A stretch of 64,000 bases of DNA. It comes from a virus. Its lineage: Duplodnaviria > Caudoviricetes. Positions 20,624 through 28,381 of this stretch are shown here, piece after piece (the stretch's first letter is position 1; the number at the start of each line of letters is the position of its first letter). The notes beneath the pieces were generated by a model that had not been told where the DNA came from, did not search any database, and saw only the letters and a list, made by a program, of their open reading frames with translations. A program made the position numbers and the translations under genes. The stretch covers positions 27,618-91,617 of IMG/VR virus record IMGVR_UViG_3300030708_003106, one strand, 5' to 3'.

Positions 20624-21560
20624 ATATACAATCGGTGACAGTAGAGAACTACTGAAAGAAGTTGATGCAAACTCGGTGGATCTAATTTATATTGATCCAC
20701 CATATTGCACTGGCAGAGACTTCTATCACTTTGATGATCGATTCAAATCGAGTGCAGATTATCGTGAATTGTTGATGCGTCCTTTATTGGAAGAATGTCA
20801 TCGTGTTCTGACTGATTGTGGCAACATTGTTGTGCATGTAGAACCTAAGATCTCTCATCATATTCGCATTGTCCTTGATGACGTATTTGGTGAGAATAGA
20901 TTTAAGAATGAGATTGCTTGGGTTTCTGGCGGCAACCACAAATCAAAAAAGCAACTGCAACGCAATCATGATACGATCATTGTTTATCAGAAAGGAAAAG
21001 AATCCATCTATAATGCAGAGCACAAAGAATATGATGAGGATACTGTAAGGAAGGCAAAGATCTGTCCAATTCGCAAAAAGAAATACAATACATCTGCACT
21101 TGTTAATCGTCAACCAAATGTTGTATCTCGCCCTAATTTGAGATATGAATGGAATGGTAATCATCTCCAGTGGCATGTATCAAAGGAGAGGATGCAGATG
21201 CTTCATGATGATAATCGATTAGAATATTCTCCTAACACAGGTATTCCTAGAGTCAAGAAGTATTTGGATGAAATGGATGGAATCCCTGTCAAAGATGTAT
21301 GGTCTGATGTAAAACAGATTCAGGGAAATGAGAAGTTAGATTATGCAACTCAAAAACCTGTTGCACTCTTAAATCGCATACTTCGCATGTTCAGTAACAA
21401 AAACTCTATTGTTCTTGATCCTTGTGCTGGATCTGGTACAGTAGGCAGAAGCGCCAGACAGACAGATAGAAATTACATTTTATTTGATCTTAACACTGAA
21501 GGCAAAAAACTATTTGAAGAATCAATTAAAAATCCATTGCTCGACGCAATGGTCAGTTAA
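20613..21560 (+). CDS. Beta-class N6A/N4C DNA methyltransferase
   Basis: DLIYIDPPY, YATQKPVALL, VLDPCAGSGT. Confidence 0.92.
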   Translation: MLNEYTIGDSRELLKEVDANSVDLIYIDPPYCTGRDFYHFDDRFKSSADYRELLMRPLLEECHRVLTDCGNIVVHVEPKISHHIRIVLDDVFGENRFKNEIAWVSGGNHKSKKQLQRNHDTIIVYQKGKESIYNAEHKEYDEDTVRKAKICPIRKKKYNTSALVNRQPNVVSRPNLRYEWNGNHLQWHVSKERMQMLHDDNRLEYSPNTGIPRVKKYLDEMDGIPVKDVWSDVKQIQGNEKLDYATQKPVALLNRILRMFSNKNSIVLDPCAGSGTVGRSARQTDRNYILFDLNTEGKKLFEESIKNPLLDAMVS

Positions 21561-21563
21561 ATT

Positions 21564-21594
21564 AACTGAAGCCCCTAAAATGTCCTAGTAATAC
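21564..21594 (+). repeat. 31-bp island repeat, copy 5
   Basis: aaCTGAAGCCcctAAAatGTcctagtaatac. Confidence 0.9.
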
Positions 21595-21607
21595 TGATAC
21601 GCCCTAG

Positions 21608-22798
21608 ATGATTACACTTCGCCCACATCAGGAACGCATCACAAATCGTATGCGTGACTACAACAAAGGTCAGATTATTGTTCCTACTGGTGGTGGTAAA
21701 ACTCTCACCATGATTGTTGATACTCGGGATCGTCATGATTCTATCAACAATGGAACCACTACCGTTGTTGTTGCTCCGCGTATTCTGCTGGCAGAACAAC
21801 TGTGCAGCGAATTTATGGAGGTTATTGATACTGCTCACACACATGTAATGCATGTTCATAGTGGAGAAACTTCATATTTCTCTACAACAAAGGCAGAAAA
21901 GATCAATCTATTTGTAAATACCGCTAGAACTGCTGGTGAGAATGTAATTATCTTCACCACTTATCATTCTTTGCATCGTTTGCAGGAGGCAGATATTGAA
22001 GTCAATACGATCTACTTTGATGAAGCGCATAATTCTGTGCAGAGAAACTTTTTCCCTGCTACGGAATACTTTGCTGCTGATTCTGATCGTTGCTATTTCT
22101 TCACTGCTACTCCTAAACATTCTCTTACTGTTTCTAAACCTGGGATGAATGATTTTGCTGTTTATGGTCAGGTTCTGGCAAATGTTCCTGCTCCTGAACT
22201 AGTTGAAGGTGGTTACATTCTTCCTCCCAAAGTTGTAGTCAAGTCGCTTCCTTTGATCAAAGGTCGCAAAGTCATGTATGCTGAAGATGCTGATAATTTG
22301 ATCGAAACTATTGATGAGAACAACATCGACAAGACTTTGATTTGTGCTCGCACTACGAAGCAGATTGTGGGTCTTCTTTCTCAGTCTGATTTCTGTGCTG
22401 AACTTGCTCAGCGTGGATATTCTTGGATGACGATCACATCGAAGACTGGTGCAATCATTGATGGTAAGAAAGTCAATCGTGAGCAATTCTTTGAGACTCT
22501 GAACACTTGGGGCAAAGATCCTGAGAAGAAGTTTGTTGTCATTCACCACAGCATTTTGTCTGAAGGCATCAACGTGAGTGGACTTGAAGCAGTTATTTTC
22601 ATGCGTAACATGGATTATATCGGCATCAGTCAATCTATCGGTCGTGTGATTCGTTTGGGTGGCAAGTCTAAGACCTTTGGTCTAGTTTGCATCCCAACTT
22701 ATGATTCTGTTGGTATTTCTACTGCTCGCAAAGTTCAGGCAGTTGTTGATGTTGTATTCAACAAAGGTGAACCCGCTATTTCTGAGATTCGTCGATGA
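21608..22798 (+). CDS. SF2 DEAH helicase (type III restriction Res-like helicase domain)
   Basis: LRPHQ, PTGGGKT, FDEAH, TATP, LSEGIN, QSIGRVIR. Confidence 0.9.
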   Translation: MITLRPHQERITNRMRDYNKGQIIVPTGGGKTLTMIVDTRDRHDSINNGTTTVVVAPRILLAEQLCSEFMEVIDTAHTHVMHVHSGETSYFSTTKAEKINLFVNTARTAGENVIIFTTYHSLHRLQEADIEVNTIYFDEAHNSVQRNFFPATEYFAADSDRCYFFTATPKHSLTVSKPGMNDFAVYGQVLANVPAPELVEGGYILPPKVVVKSLPLIKGRKVMYAEDADNLIETIDENNIDKTLICARTTKQIVGLLSQSDFCAELAQRGYSWMTITSKTGAIIDGKKVNREQFFETLNTWGKDPEKKFVVIHHSILSEGINVSGLEAVIFMRNMDYIGISQSIGRVIRLGGKSKTFGLVCIPTYDSVGISTARKVQAVVDVVFNKGEPAISEIRR

Positions 22799-23034
22799 AA
22801 CTAACACAAACTAAGAGCAGCATACTAGAACCCAAACCAGTAGAAGAGGGATTCCTGGTGGGAAAATATGAAGACCCATTGTGTTATGCTGCTGTGCCAA
22901 TTATGGGAAGTAATACACAACTAGCAATTATACATCGAGGGAGAGTTATTAAAGAGTGTCGCAATCGTCAATCAGCAATTAACTTTATTGAGAAGCATCG
23001 TAAGGGTAAATCTGTAGCAAAACTTCCCATTTAA
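22795..23034 (+). CDS. Hypothetical protein
   Basis: 79 aa, ATGA overlap. Confidence 0.7.
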   Translation: MKLTQTKSSILEPKPVEEGFLVGKYEDPLCYAAVPIMGSNTQLAIIHRGRVIKECRNRQSAINFIEKHRKGKSVAKLPI

Positions 23035-23037
23035 CTA

Positions 23038-23068
23038 AACTGAAGCCCCTAAACTGTCCTAGTAGTAT
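23038..23068 (+). repeat. 31-bp island repeat, copy 6
   Basis: aaCTGAAGCCcctAAActGTcctagtagtAT(G). Confidence 0.95.
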
Positions 23069-23960
23069 GAAGAACACTCATTTGCAACATCCTGAAGATT
23101 CTATTCTGACTGGAGACCTTTCAGTTCTTGATTGGTTCGGTGAGTCGGATAGTATTATCAGCACCAAAATGGATGGCGCTCCTGCTATTGTTTGGGGCAC
23201 AGATCCTGCGACTGGTACATTCTTTGTTGGCACTAAATCTGTCTTCAACAAAGTAAAAATCAAAATCAATCATTCACATGAAGAAATTGACAAGAATCAC
23301 GAAGGCAAAGTTGCTCGTATTCTTCATGCTTGCTTTGATTGTTTGCCTCGCACTCAATCCATTATTCAGGGTGATTTTATTGGGTATGGTGGTAGTGATA
23401 CTTTTCGCCCCAATACGATTACTTATGTCTTCCCTCAAATAGTATCGGAAGATATTATTATTGCACCTCATACTTTGTATTTTGGTGTTGATCTGCGAAC
23501 TGTAAAAGCAGCACCTTTGACTAACAAACTGATCAGCACTGATTCTTGTTTGTTTGTCCAACCTGAAGTTTCTTTGCATCCTCATCGTGAAGATTTGGTA
23601 GATGTTTGTGCATTTGCCAAGCAAATGTCTACTCTATGTGAGTTTGTCACTCCAAACAAAGCAACAAAAATCAAAAAACATATCAATGACTGCATCCGTG
23701 GGGAAAACTACATTGATGAAGATGAAATTGCAGAAAAATTTGATTGTGACATCAACTTGATCCGATTGTGGAAGTTGGTTGCATCTATCAAGGAAGATTT
23801 GTTCTGCTTCATTGATGAGTGTGATGACATTGGTTGTTTGATTGGTGAAGAAGTTACATTGCATGAAGGTTATGTCATCACCAACAAATATGGCATGTTC
23901 AAGGTTGTTGATCGTGAGGAGTTTTCCCGTGCAAACTTTATCATGGAAAAGACTTGGTAA
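23067..23960 (+). CDS. Ligase-fold nucleotidyltransferase-like protein (DUF6267-like)
   Basis: TKMDGAP (KxDG), IIQGDF, HEGYVI and MFKVV motifs in ligase order. Confidence 0.6.
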   Translation: MKNTHLQHPEDSILTGDLSVLDWFGESDSIISTKMDGAPAIVWGTDPATGTFFVGTKSVFNKVKIKINHSHEEIDKNHEGKVARILHACFDCLPRTQSIIQGDFIGYGGSDTFRPNTITYVFPQIVSEDIIIAPHTLYFGVDLRTVKAAPLTNKLISTDSCLFVQPEVSLHPHREDLVDVCAFAKQMSTLCEFVTPNKATKIKKHINDCIRGENYIDEDEIAEKFDCDINLIRLWKLVASIKEDLFCFIDECDDIGCLIGEEVTLHEGYVITNKYGMFKVVDREEFSRANFIMEKTW

Positions 23961-23964
23961 TTAA

Positions 23965-23995
23965 AACTGAAGCCCCTAAACTGTCCTAGTTACAT
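23965..23995 (+). repeat. 31-bp island repeat, copy 7
   Basis: aaCTGAAGCCcctAAActGTcctagttacAT(G). Confidence 0.95.
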
Positions 23996-24383
23996 GAGCA
24001 CTGATTCCATGACCACTCAATCCTTCGCTGACTACGTTGCCACGCAAGATGCACGCAACACGATTCAACTTAACGTGCGTAAGTATACGCTGATGTTGTG
24101 TGATGCTCTGCTGGACAATTTCAAGTCCCGCAACAATCGCAAGGATAGTGGTTACAAATTCTACATTGAAGAAGGTCGCAAATATCATAAAATTATCATG
24201 GAAACTGGTGGAAACTCCCGCAGTGTTCATGCCTTTGTTGATAAGAAGACTGGTGATCTGTATAAAGCAGCATCATTCAAATCTCCTGCCAAAGGAGTAC
24301 GTTTCAACCTTTGCATCATCAGTGATCGTGAATGGTTGCTGGAAAATGCTGACTGGGCAGGTGGATACTTGTACGCTCGTTAA
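23994..24383 (+). CDS. Conserved phage hypothetical protein
   Basis: GRKYHKI...SVHAFVDKKTGDLYKAAS...PAKGVRFNL. Confidence 0.75.
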   Translation: MSTDSMTTQSFADYVATQDARNTIQLNVRKYTLMLCDALLDNFKSRNNRKDSGYKFYIEEGRKYHKIIMETGGNSRSVHAFVDKKTGDLYKAASFKSPAKGVRFNLCIISDREWLLENADWAGGYLYAR

Positions 24384-24387
24384 TTAA

Positions 24388-24418
24388 AACTGAAGCCTCC
24401 AAAGTGTCCCTATAGTAT
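24388..24418 (+). repeat. 31-bp island repeat, copy 8
   Basis: aaCTGAAGCCtccAAAgtGTccctatagtAT(G). Confidence 0.95.
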
Positions 24419-24596
24419 GAGCACAACTAAAATGACAATCACCGAACGCAATCAACAACTCTTCGATCTTCGTAAAAAACTTGATCAGAAGAAAATGGAG
24501 ATGGCATGGATTGAAACTCAAATCATGGCAGTTAATGCACAATATGATCGTGAGAATCGTGAAACCCCATTGTTCGATGAAATGTTCGGAGGTTGA
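24417..24596 (+). CDS. Small coiled-coil protein (59 aa)
   Basis: Hand-translated MSTTKMTITERNQQLFDLRKK...FDEMFGG. Confidence 0.65.
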   Translation: MSTTKMTITERNQQLFDLRKKLDQKKMEMAWIETQIMAVNAQYDRENRETPLFDEMFGG

Positions 24597-24599
24597 TTG

Positions 24600-24806
24600 A
24601 TGCAATTCCAAATTACTGAAATCGAATTAGATTTTGAAGATTCTCAAGGTGTTCTATCTCATAATGAACAAACTGAAATTGTTGATGATTTAGTTGGTCA
24701 CATCTGGGAAGCAGATGATGAAGATGATCTCATTGAAGAAATCACATGTGCATCAGGTTGGTGTGTCAAATCCATCGATTTTCGTTATGCTCTAAACGCA
24801 TCTTAA
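24600..24806 (+). CDS. Acidic hypothetical protein
   Basis: GGAGG RBS; WEADDEDDLIEEIT...GWCV. Confidence 0.7.
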   Translation: MQFQITEIELDFEDSQGVLSHNEQTEIVDDLVGHIWEADDEDDLIEEITCASGWCVKSIDFRYALNAS

Positions 24807-24807
24807 A

Positions 24808-24996
24808 ATGAAAACAACAACTGCAACTTATTCAATCACAGTTACAACTGATGAGGGTACACTATCATTTTTGAGGACAATGCCCACACGTCCAAAAACA
24901 TCTAAGGGCATTAAAGCACATAATACTAGATTGGAAAACTATGCCATGAAGCAGTATCCAAACTGGAAAGAAATCGACGTTAAACTATTGCCATGA
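24808..24996 (+). CDS. Hypothetical protein
   Basis: 62 aa. Confidence 0.65.
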   Translation: MKTTTATYSITVTTDEGTLSFLRTMPTRPKTSKGIKAHNTRLENYAMKQYPNWKEIDVKLLP

Positions 24997-25163
24997 GTAA
25001 CATCGAAGATGTAACAAACTCTCCCAAAGATTGGGAAGACTTTTGGTACAATTCCGAGTCAGATGGACAGGAATTTGAGAAACTTCCCCCATACCTTGAA
25101 GCAGTCTTAGGACTCTCAAAATACCCTGCTGATTGTAAACGCGAATCCCCACTTTCAGAATGA
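24993..25163 (+). CDS. Hypothetical protein (56 aa)
   Basis: Hand-translated; ATGA overlaps both sides. Confidence 0.6.
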   Translation: MSNIEDVTNSPKDWEDFWYNSESDGQEFEKLPPYLEAVLGLSKYPADCKRESPLSE

Positions 25164-25327
25164 TCACTAACAAAGCACAAATGCTCAACGTCATGTCAAA
25201 ATGTGACGGTGCAGATACACTCACCCGAGAGGAAAAGTTTCAAGTCTTTTGTAATGTTTGCGACAACATGTTGAAAGAAGGTAGAATTAGCAAAGCAAAT
25301 CACAAGCGTTGGACTAACATTTGGTAA
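25160..25327 (+). CDS. Hypothetical protein (55 aa)
   Basis: Hand-translated MITNKAQM...RWTNIW. Confidence 0.6.
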   Translation: MITNKAQMLNVMSKCDGADTLTREEKFQVFCNVCDNMLKEGRISKANHKRWTNIW

Positions 25328-25329
25328 TT

Positions 25330-25554
25330 ATGAAAGTTGATACAATAGGCAGGATTATTGGTTCAGTTCTTGTAATCGTTGCCTATTTTGTTATTTTACA
25401 CATTGATCTCACATTTGGGGTGACATTAAACTTCATTGGTGATGCAATTTCCATTCCATTCTTTATACGAACAAAGTCCTGGGATGTTGTCATTATGTTA
25501 GTTTTCTTATTGTGTATTTCTTCCAGTAAATTATTTGGGTTTGGTTTATCATGA
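25330..25554 (+). CDS. Small membrane protein
   Basis: About three hydrophobic segments. Confidence 0.65.
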   Translation: MKVDTIGRIIGSVLVIVAYFVILHIDLTFGVTLNFIGDAISIPFFIRTKSWDVVIMLVFLLCISSSKLFGFGLS

Positions 25555-25691
25555 AATGCGAAGTAAAGTTGTACGTTGCAGGAAAAGTTTTCGCTGAGGA
25601 AGTATATGCGAAAGATTATCAAGAGGCAAGGGAAGTTGCATTAGCACGCAATCCTAATGCAAAAGTAATAGGAGTGACAGCAAAGTTCTAA
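25551..25691 (+). CDS. Hypothetical protein (46 aa)
   Basis: Hand-translated MKCEVKLYVAGKVF...ALARNPNAKVIGVTAKF. Confidence 0.65.
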   Translation: MKCEVKLYVAGKVFAEEVYAKDYQEAREVALARNPNAKVIGVTAKF

Positions 25692-25699
25692 GGATTAGA

Positions 25700-25730
25700 A
25701 ACTGAAGCCTCCAAAGTGTCCTAGTAGTAT
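25700..25730 (+). repeat. 31-bp island repeat, copy 9
   Basis: aaCTGAAGCCtccAAAgtGTcctagtagtAT(G). Confidence 0.95.
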
Positions 25731-25944
25731 GAAGACCACTCAAATGCAAATCAGCACCGCTTTCACTGATGCTTTGGAGTCCATGTCTGGGTTCTTTTAT
25801 GAAATGAATCCTGATCTGGATATGTGCTACGATTATGTTTGCGAGATTGCAGAAATTGATTCTTTCGTTGACAATAAAGAAGCATGGGATATGTTCTATG
25901 AAGCATGGGAAAAGGTTGCTGAGGAGAACTTTATCGATGTCTGA
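25729..25944 (+). CDS. Acidic hypothetical protein
   Basis: 71 aa directly after the repeat. Confidence 0.7.
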   Translation: MKTTQMQISTAFTDALESMSGFFYEMNPDLDMCYDYVCEIAEIDSFVDNKEAWDMFYEAWEKVAEENFIDV

Positions 25945-26158
25945 TTCTATCAAAACTTATCCACTTTTTTCTGAACTTATGAGCATTACTAATCCTTACG
26001 TTGAAAATCTTGTCGAGATGGGATATGATCGAAAAGACGTAGAAACGGCGTCTACGATGTTTCAAAAGAAAACGTTTCCATATACAATTCACGGTCGCAC
26101 TTATCAGACCGAAGAAGAATATAATGAAGCGATTCACGAGTTTATGAATGGCATGTAA
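25937..26158 (+). CDS. Hypothetical protein
   Basis: GAGGAG RBS before ATG 25937. Confidence 0.6.
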   Translation: MSDSIKTYPLFSELMSITNPYVENLVEMGYDRKDVETASTMFQKKTFPYTIHGRTYQTEEEYNEAIHEFMNGM

Positions 26159-26172
26159 TTCAGAGGTTTAAT

Positions 26173-26203
26173 AACTGAAGCCCCTAAAGTGTCCCAGTAG
26201 TAT
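26173..26203 (+). repeat. 31-bp island repeat, copy 10
   Basis: aaCTGAAGCCcctAAAgtGTcccagtagtAT(G). Confidence 0.95.
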
Positions 26204-26375
26204 GAACAACACTCAAGAAACCAAATTCCTTCTCTATGGTCAATTCCATCGCGCAAATGGTTGGATTATGAACGACTGTTTGGGTTACATTAAGGCAACA
26301 GAACAAGAGGCAATCGATACATGTAAGCGCCTCAATCCTAACTTTGTCATTCAATCTATCACCATCGAAAAATGA
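26202..26375 (+). CDS. Hypothetical protein (57 aa)
   Basis: Hand-translated MNNTQETKFLLYGQF...; ATGA overlap with next ORF. Confidence 0.65.
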   Translation: MNNTQETKFLLYGQFHRANGWIMNDCLGYIKATEQEAIDTCKRLNPNFVIQSITIEK

Positions 26376-26656
26376 ACTACACTCTCTGGCATCTCCAACA
26401 ACGTGTCAACAAACTGATCGAACAACAAGGTGAAGATGCACATTGTGCGGCATGGATTTACACCAAGGAAGATTGTTTTTTGACTGATGATAATGGTGAG
26501 CAGGAATATCCATGTGATGAACATCCTGAACTTGCTGAACGTATCTTCAATGATGTTGGAAACATTGATTACATCTACACTGTCATTCAAGAGTGTGTGG
26601 ATGAAGTAACTGAAGAACAATATATGGCATATCAACAAGAACTTTCAGAGGTTTAA
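26372..26656 (+). CDS. Acidic hypothetical protein
   Basis: 94 aa; stop 1 nt before repeat copy 11. Confidence 0.7.
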   Translation: MNYTLWHLQQRVNKLIEQQGEDAHCAAWIYTKEDCFLTDDNGEQEYPCDEHPELAERIFNDVGNIDYIYTVIQECVDEVTEEQYMAYQQELSEV

Positions 26657-26657
26657 T

Positions 26658-26688
26658 AACTGAAGCCTCCAAAGTGTTTCTATAGTAT
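26658..26688 (+). repeat. 31-bp island repeat, copy 11
   Basis: aaCTGAAGCCtccAAAgtGTttctatagtat. Confidence 0.9.
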
Positions 26689-26717
26689 AGGCACCGATTC
26701 ATTTTTCTTTTCTTCAC

Positions 26718-26990
26718 ATGCAAGTCACTAATTCTGCTGTCATTGTTGATTACTTCCCCGAGGCATTTATTGCTGAGTCTTGTGAGAAGAAAGGTGTGAA
26801 AGTTGTTGTCAAACGTTTCATCCGCCGCGTTAAGTTTCGTGCTACTGGTCAAAAATCTTATAGCACAGTTCTTGGTATTGAAGCAAAATATGATTGGCAA
26901 GCGCGTATTGCTAAAGGTGCAGAAGTGACTGACTTTAACACTGAAAAAATGCCTCGCTCTGAGTTCATGCCTCTTGCATGTGTGGGGTGA
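26718..26990 (+). CDS. Hypothetical protein
   Basis: 90 aa. Confidence 0.7.
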   Translation: MQVTNSAVIVDYFPEAFIAESCEKKGVKVVVKRFIRRVKFRATGQKSYSTVLGIEAKYDWQARIAKGAEVTDFNTEKMPRSEFMPLACVG

Positions 26991-26993
26991 TTT

Positions 26994-27179
26994 ATGTCAC
27001 TGATCAAACTTTATCTTCACAACAAAATGATGGACCGACTTGAAATGTTGACTCAACGTGAACAACTTATGGAGGACATTGATTGTATCATTGAATCAAA
27101 CTTTGGAGAGGTTGAATATAAAGATGATGTAATTCGTCAACTGTGTGATGCAGTCTGCAAAAACTTTCCAACCGACTAA
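26994..27179 (+). CDS. Hypothetical protein
   Basis: 61 aa (start may be further downstream). Confidence 0.6.
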   Translation: MSLIKLYLHNKMMDRLEMLTQREQLMEDIDCIIESNFGEVEYKDDVIRQLCDAVCKNFPTD

Positions 27180-27415
27180 TGTCTTTCGTTTCATTTTCCA
27201 CCGATCCAAACATCATGAACCAAGAGCAACTTAACAGACTTAAAGAGAACTATGCCAACCTCATTGTTGATGGGATGGATATGGATACTCTCGTTCAATT
27301 CGCACTTGATAGTCTCATGAATGATATGGAAAAATGGGATGAAGTAGATGTTAAAGAAGAAGTTCTTTATTTGTATGATGATGAAACTTGGAAAGATCTT
27401 CAAGAGTCAGTGTAA
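27179..27415 (+). CDS. Acidic hypothetical protein
   Basis: 78 aa. Confidence 0.65.
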   Translation: MSFVSFSTDPNIMNQEQLNRLKENYANLIVDGMDMDTLVQFALDSLMNDMEKWDEVDVKEEVLYLYDDETWKDLQESV

Positions 27416-27489
27416 CTTACCGAGGTTTTCCGAGTAGCGCAGCGTTCCGGATTTTTTGATCATAAGTATCAATCAACCTCAGTAATACT

Positions 27490-27520
27490 AACTGAAGCCT
27501 GTAAAGTGTCCCTATAGTGT
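27490..27520 (+). repeat. 31-bp island repeat, copy 12
   Basis: aaCTGAAGCCtgtAAAgtGTccctatagtgt. Confidence 0.9.
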
Positions 27521-27549
27521 AAGGACACACAATCCCAACACTTTTCCAA

Positions 27550-27897
27550 ATGCGTAAGATCGAATCCCAAATGTGCCAAGCAGTTCAGTCTAACAAGAAC
27601 TGGAGTTCTGGTAACACTACGGTTACGATTGATGAGGAAACTAATACTTCCTCTGTTTATCTTCACGGCAATCTGATTGCTACTGTGACAGATAATGACA
27701 TGACCATTTATGATGGTGGTTGGCAAAGTAACACCACTAAGTCGCGATTGAACGCTCTGTGTGATACTTTCTGTGTTGATGGTGAAGGTGTTTTCCAGGA
27801 GAATTTCGCCTGGTATGTGAGGAAGTTTGTAGGTGCAATTAACGGACAATCTAAGTTCGTCATCGAAACTTTTTCCAACGGTTACATCTTTGCCTGA
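27550..27897 (+). CDS. Conserved phage hypothetical protein
   Basis: MRKIE...VYLHGNLIA...GGWQSNTTKSRLNAL. Confidence 0.75.
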   Translation: MRKIESQMCQAVQSNKNWSSGNTTVTIDEETNTSSVYLHGNLIATVTDNDMTIYDGGWQSNTTKSRLNALCDTFCVDGEGVFQENFAWYVRKFVGAINGQSKFVIETFSNGYIFA

Positions 27898-28019
27898 GTC
27901 TTAACTTACATCTAGGCAGTACAGAATTGGGAGACTGATTCACAACGTAAGACCTAGTTTAACCAAGTGCTGAGTAACACTATAAACTGCTCACATTTCA
28001 CTCTAATTTACATCAACTC

Positions 28020-28166
28020 ATGTCTAAAGAAGTTCTCATCGGTATGCTGAAAATTGCTCAGAACGGTGATCAAATGCTTCAAATTCTTGACAGCATTACT
28101 GACACTGAAAAGGAGAGTATTTCCTCTGATGCAGTAGACTTCAGCGGTCAACCTGTCAACTTCTGA
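28020..28166 (+). CDS. Hypothetical protein (48 aa)
   Basis: Hand-translated MSKEVLIGML...; followed by a terminator. Confidence 0.55.
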   Translation: MSKEVLIGMLKIAQNGDQMLQILDSITDTEKESISSDAVDFSGQPVNF

Positions 28167-28169
28167 TAA

Positions 28170-28201
28170 TAAGAAAGGGGCGCTAAAAATGCCCCTTTTT
28201 T
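28170..28201. terminator. Intrinsic terminator, probably bidirectional
   Basis: AAGAAAGGGGCG-loop-TGCCCCTTTTTT; A-rich left flank and T-run on the right. Confidence 0.8.
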
Positions 28202-28381
28202 GCTATTATACATAAAGATTACCCTTTTTTTATATTAAAAATGTATTAAAAAATGTATTTACGTTGTTTGTATCGTGTTTAACATTGTTGGAAATGGAGT
28301 TACTTAGCAGTGTCTTCGTAGTTACTCTGGGGCGTATTTGTAGTGATTTTAATGCTCTCAGACGTTGTGATCTAAGCGAGC

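Noticed and set aside
23060-23072. TAGTAT in a hairpin loop as a rolling-circle (HUH) nick site
   Set aside because: The TAGTATTAC nonamer is not matched and no HUH Rep is visible.
27898-28019. Assignment to hammerhead, twister, pistol or glutamine riboswitch classes
   Set aside because: Their conserved cores were not found by eye; kept only as an unclassified candidate.
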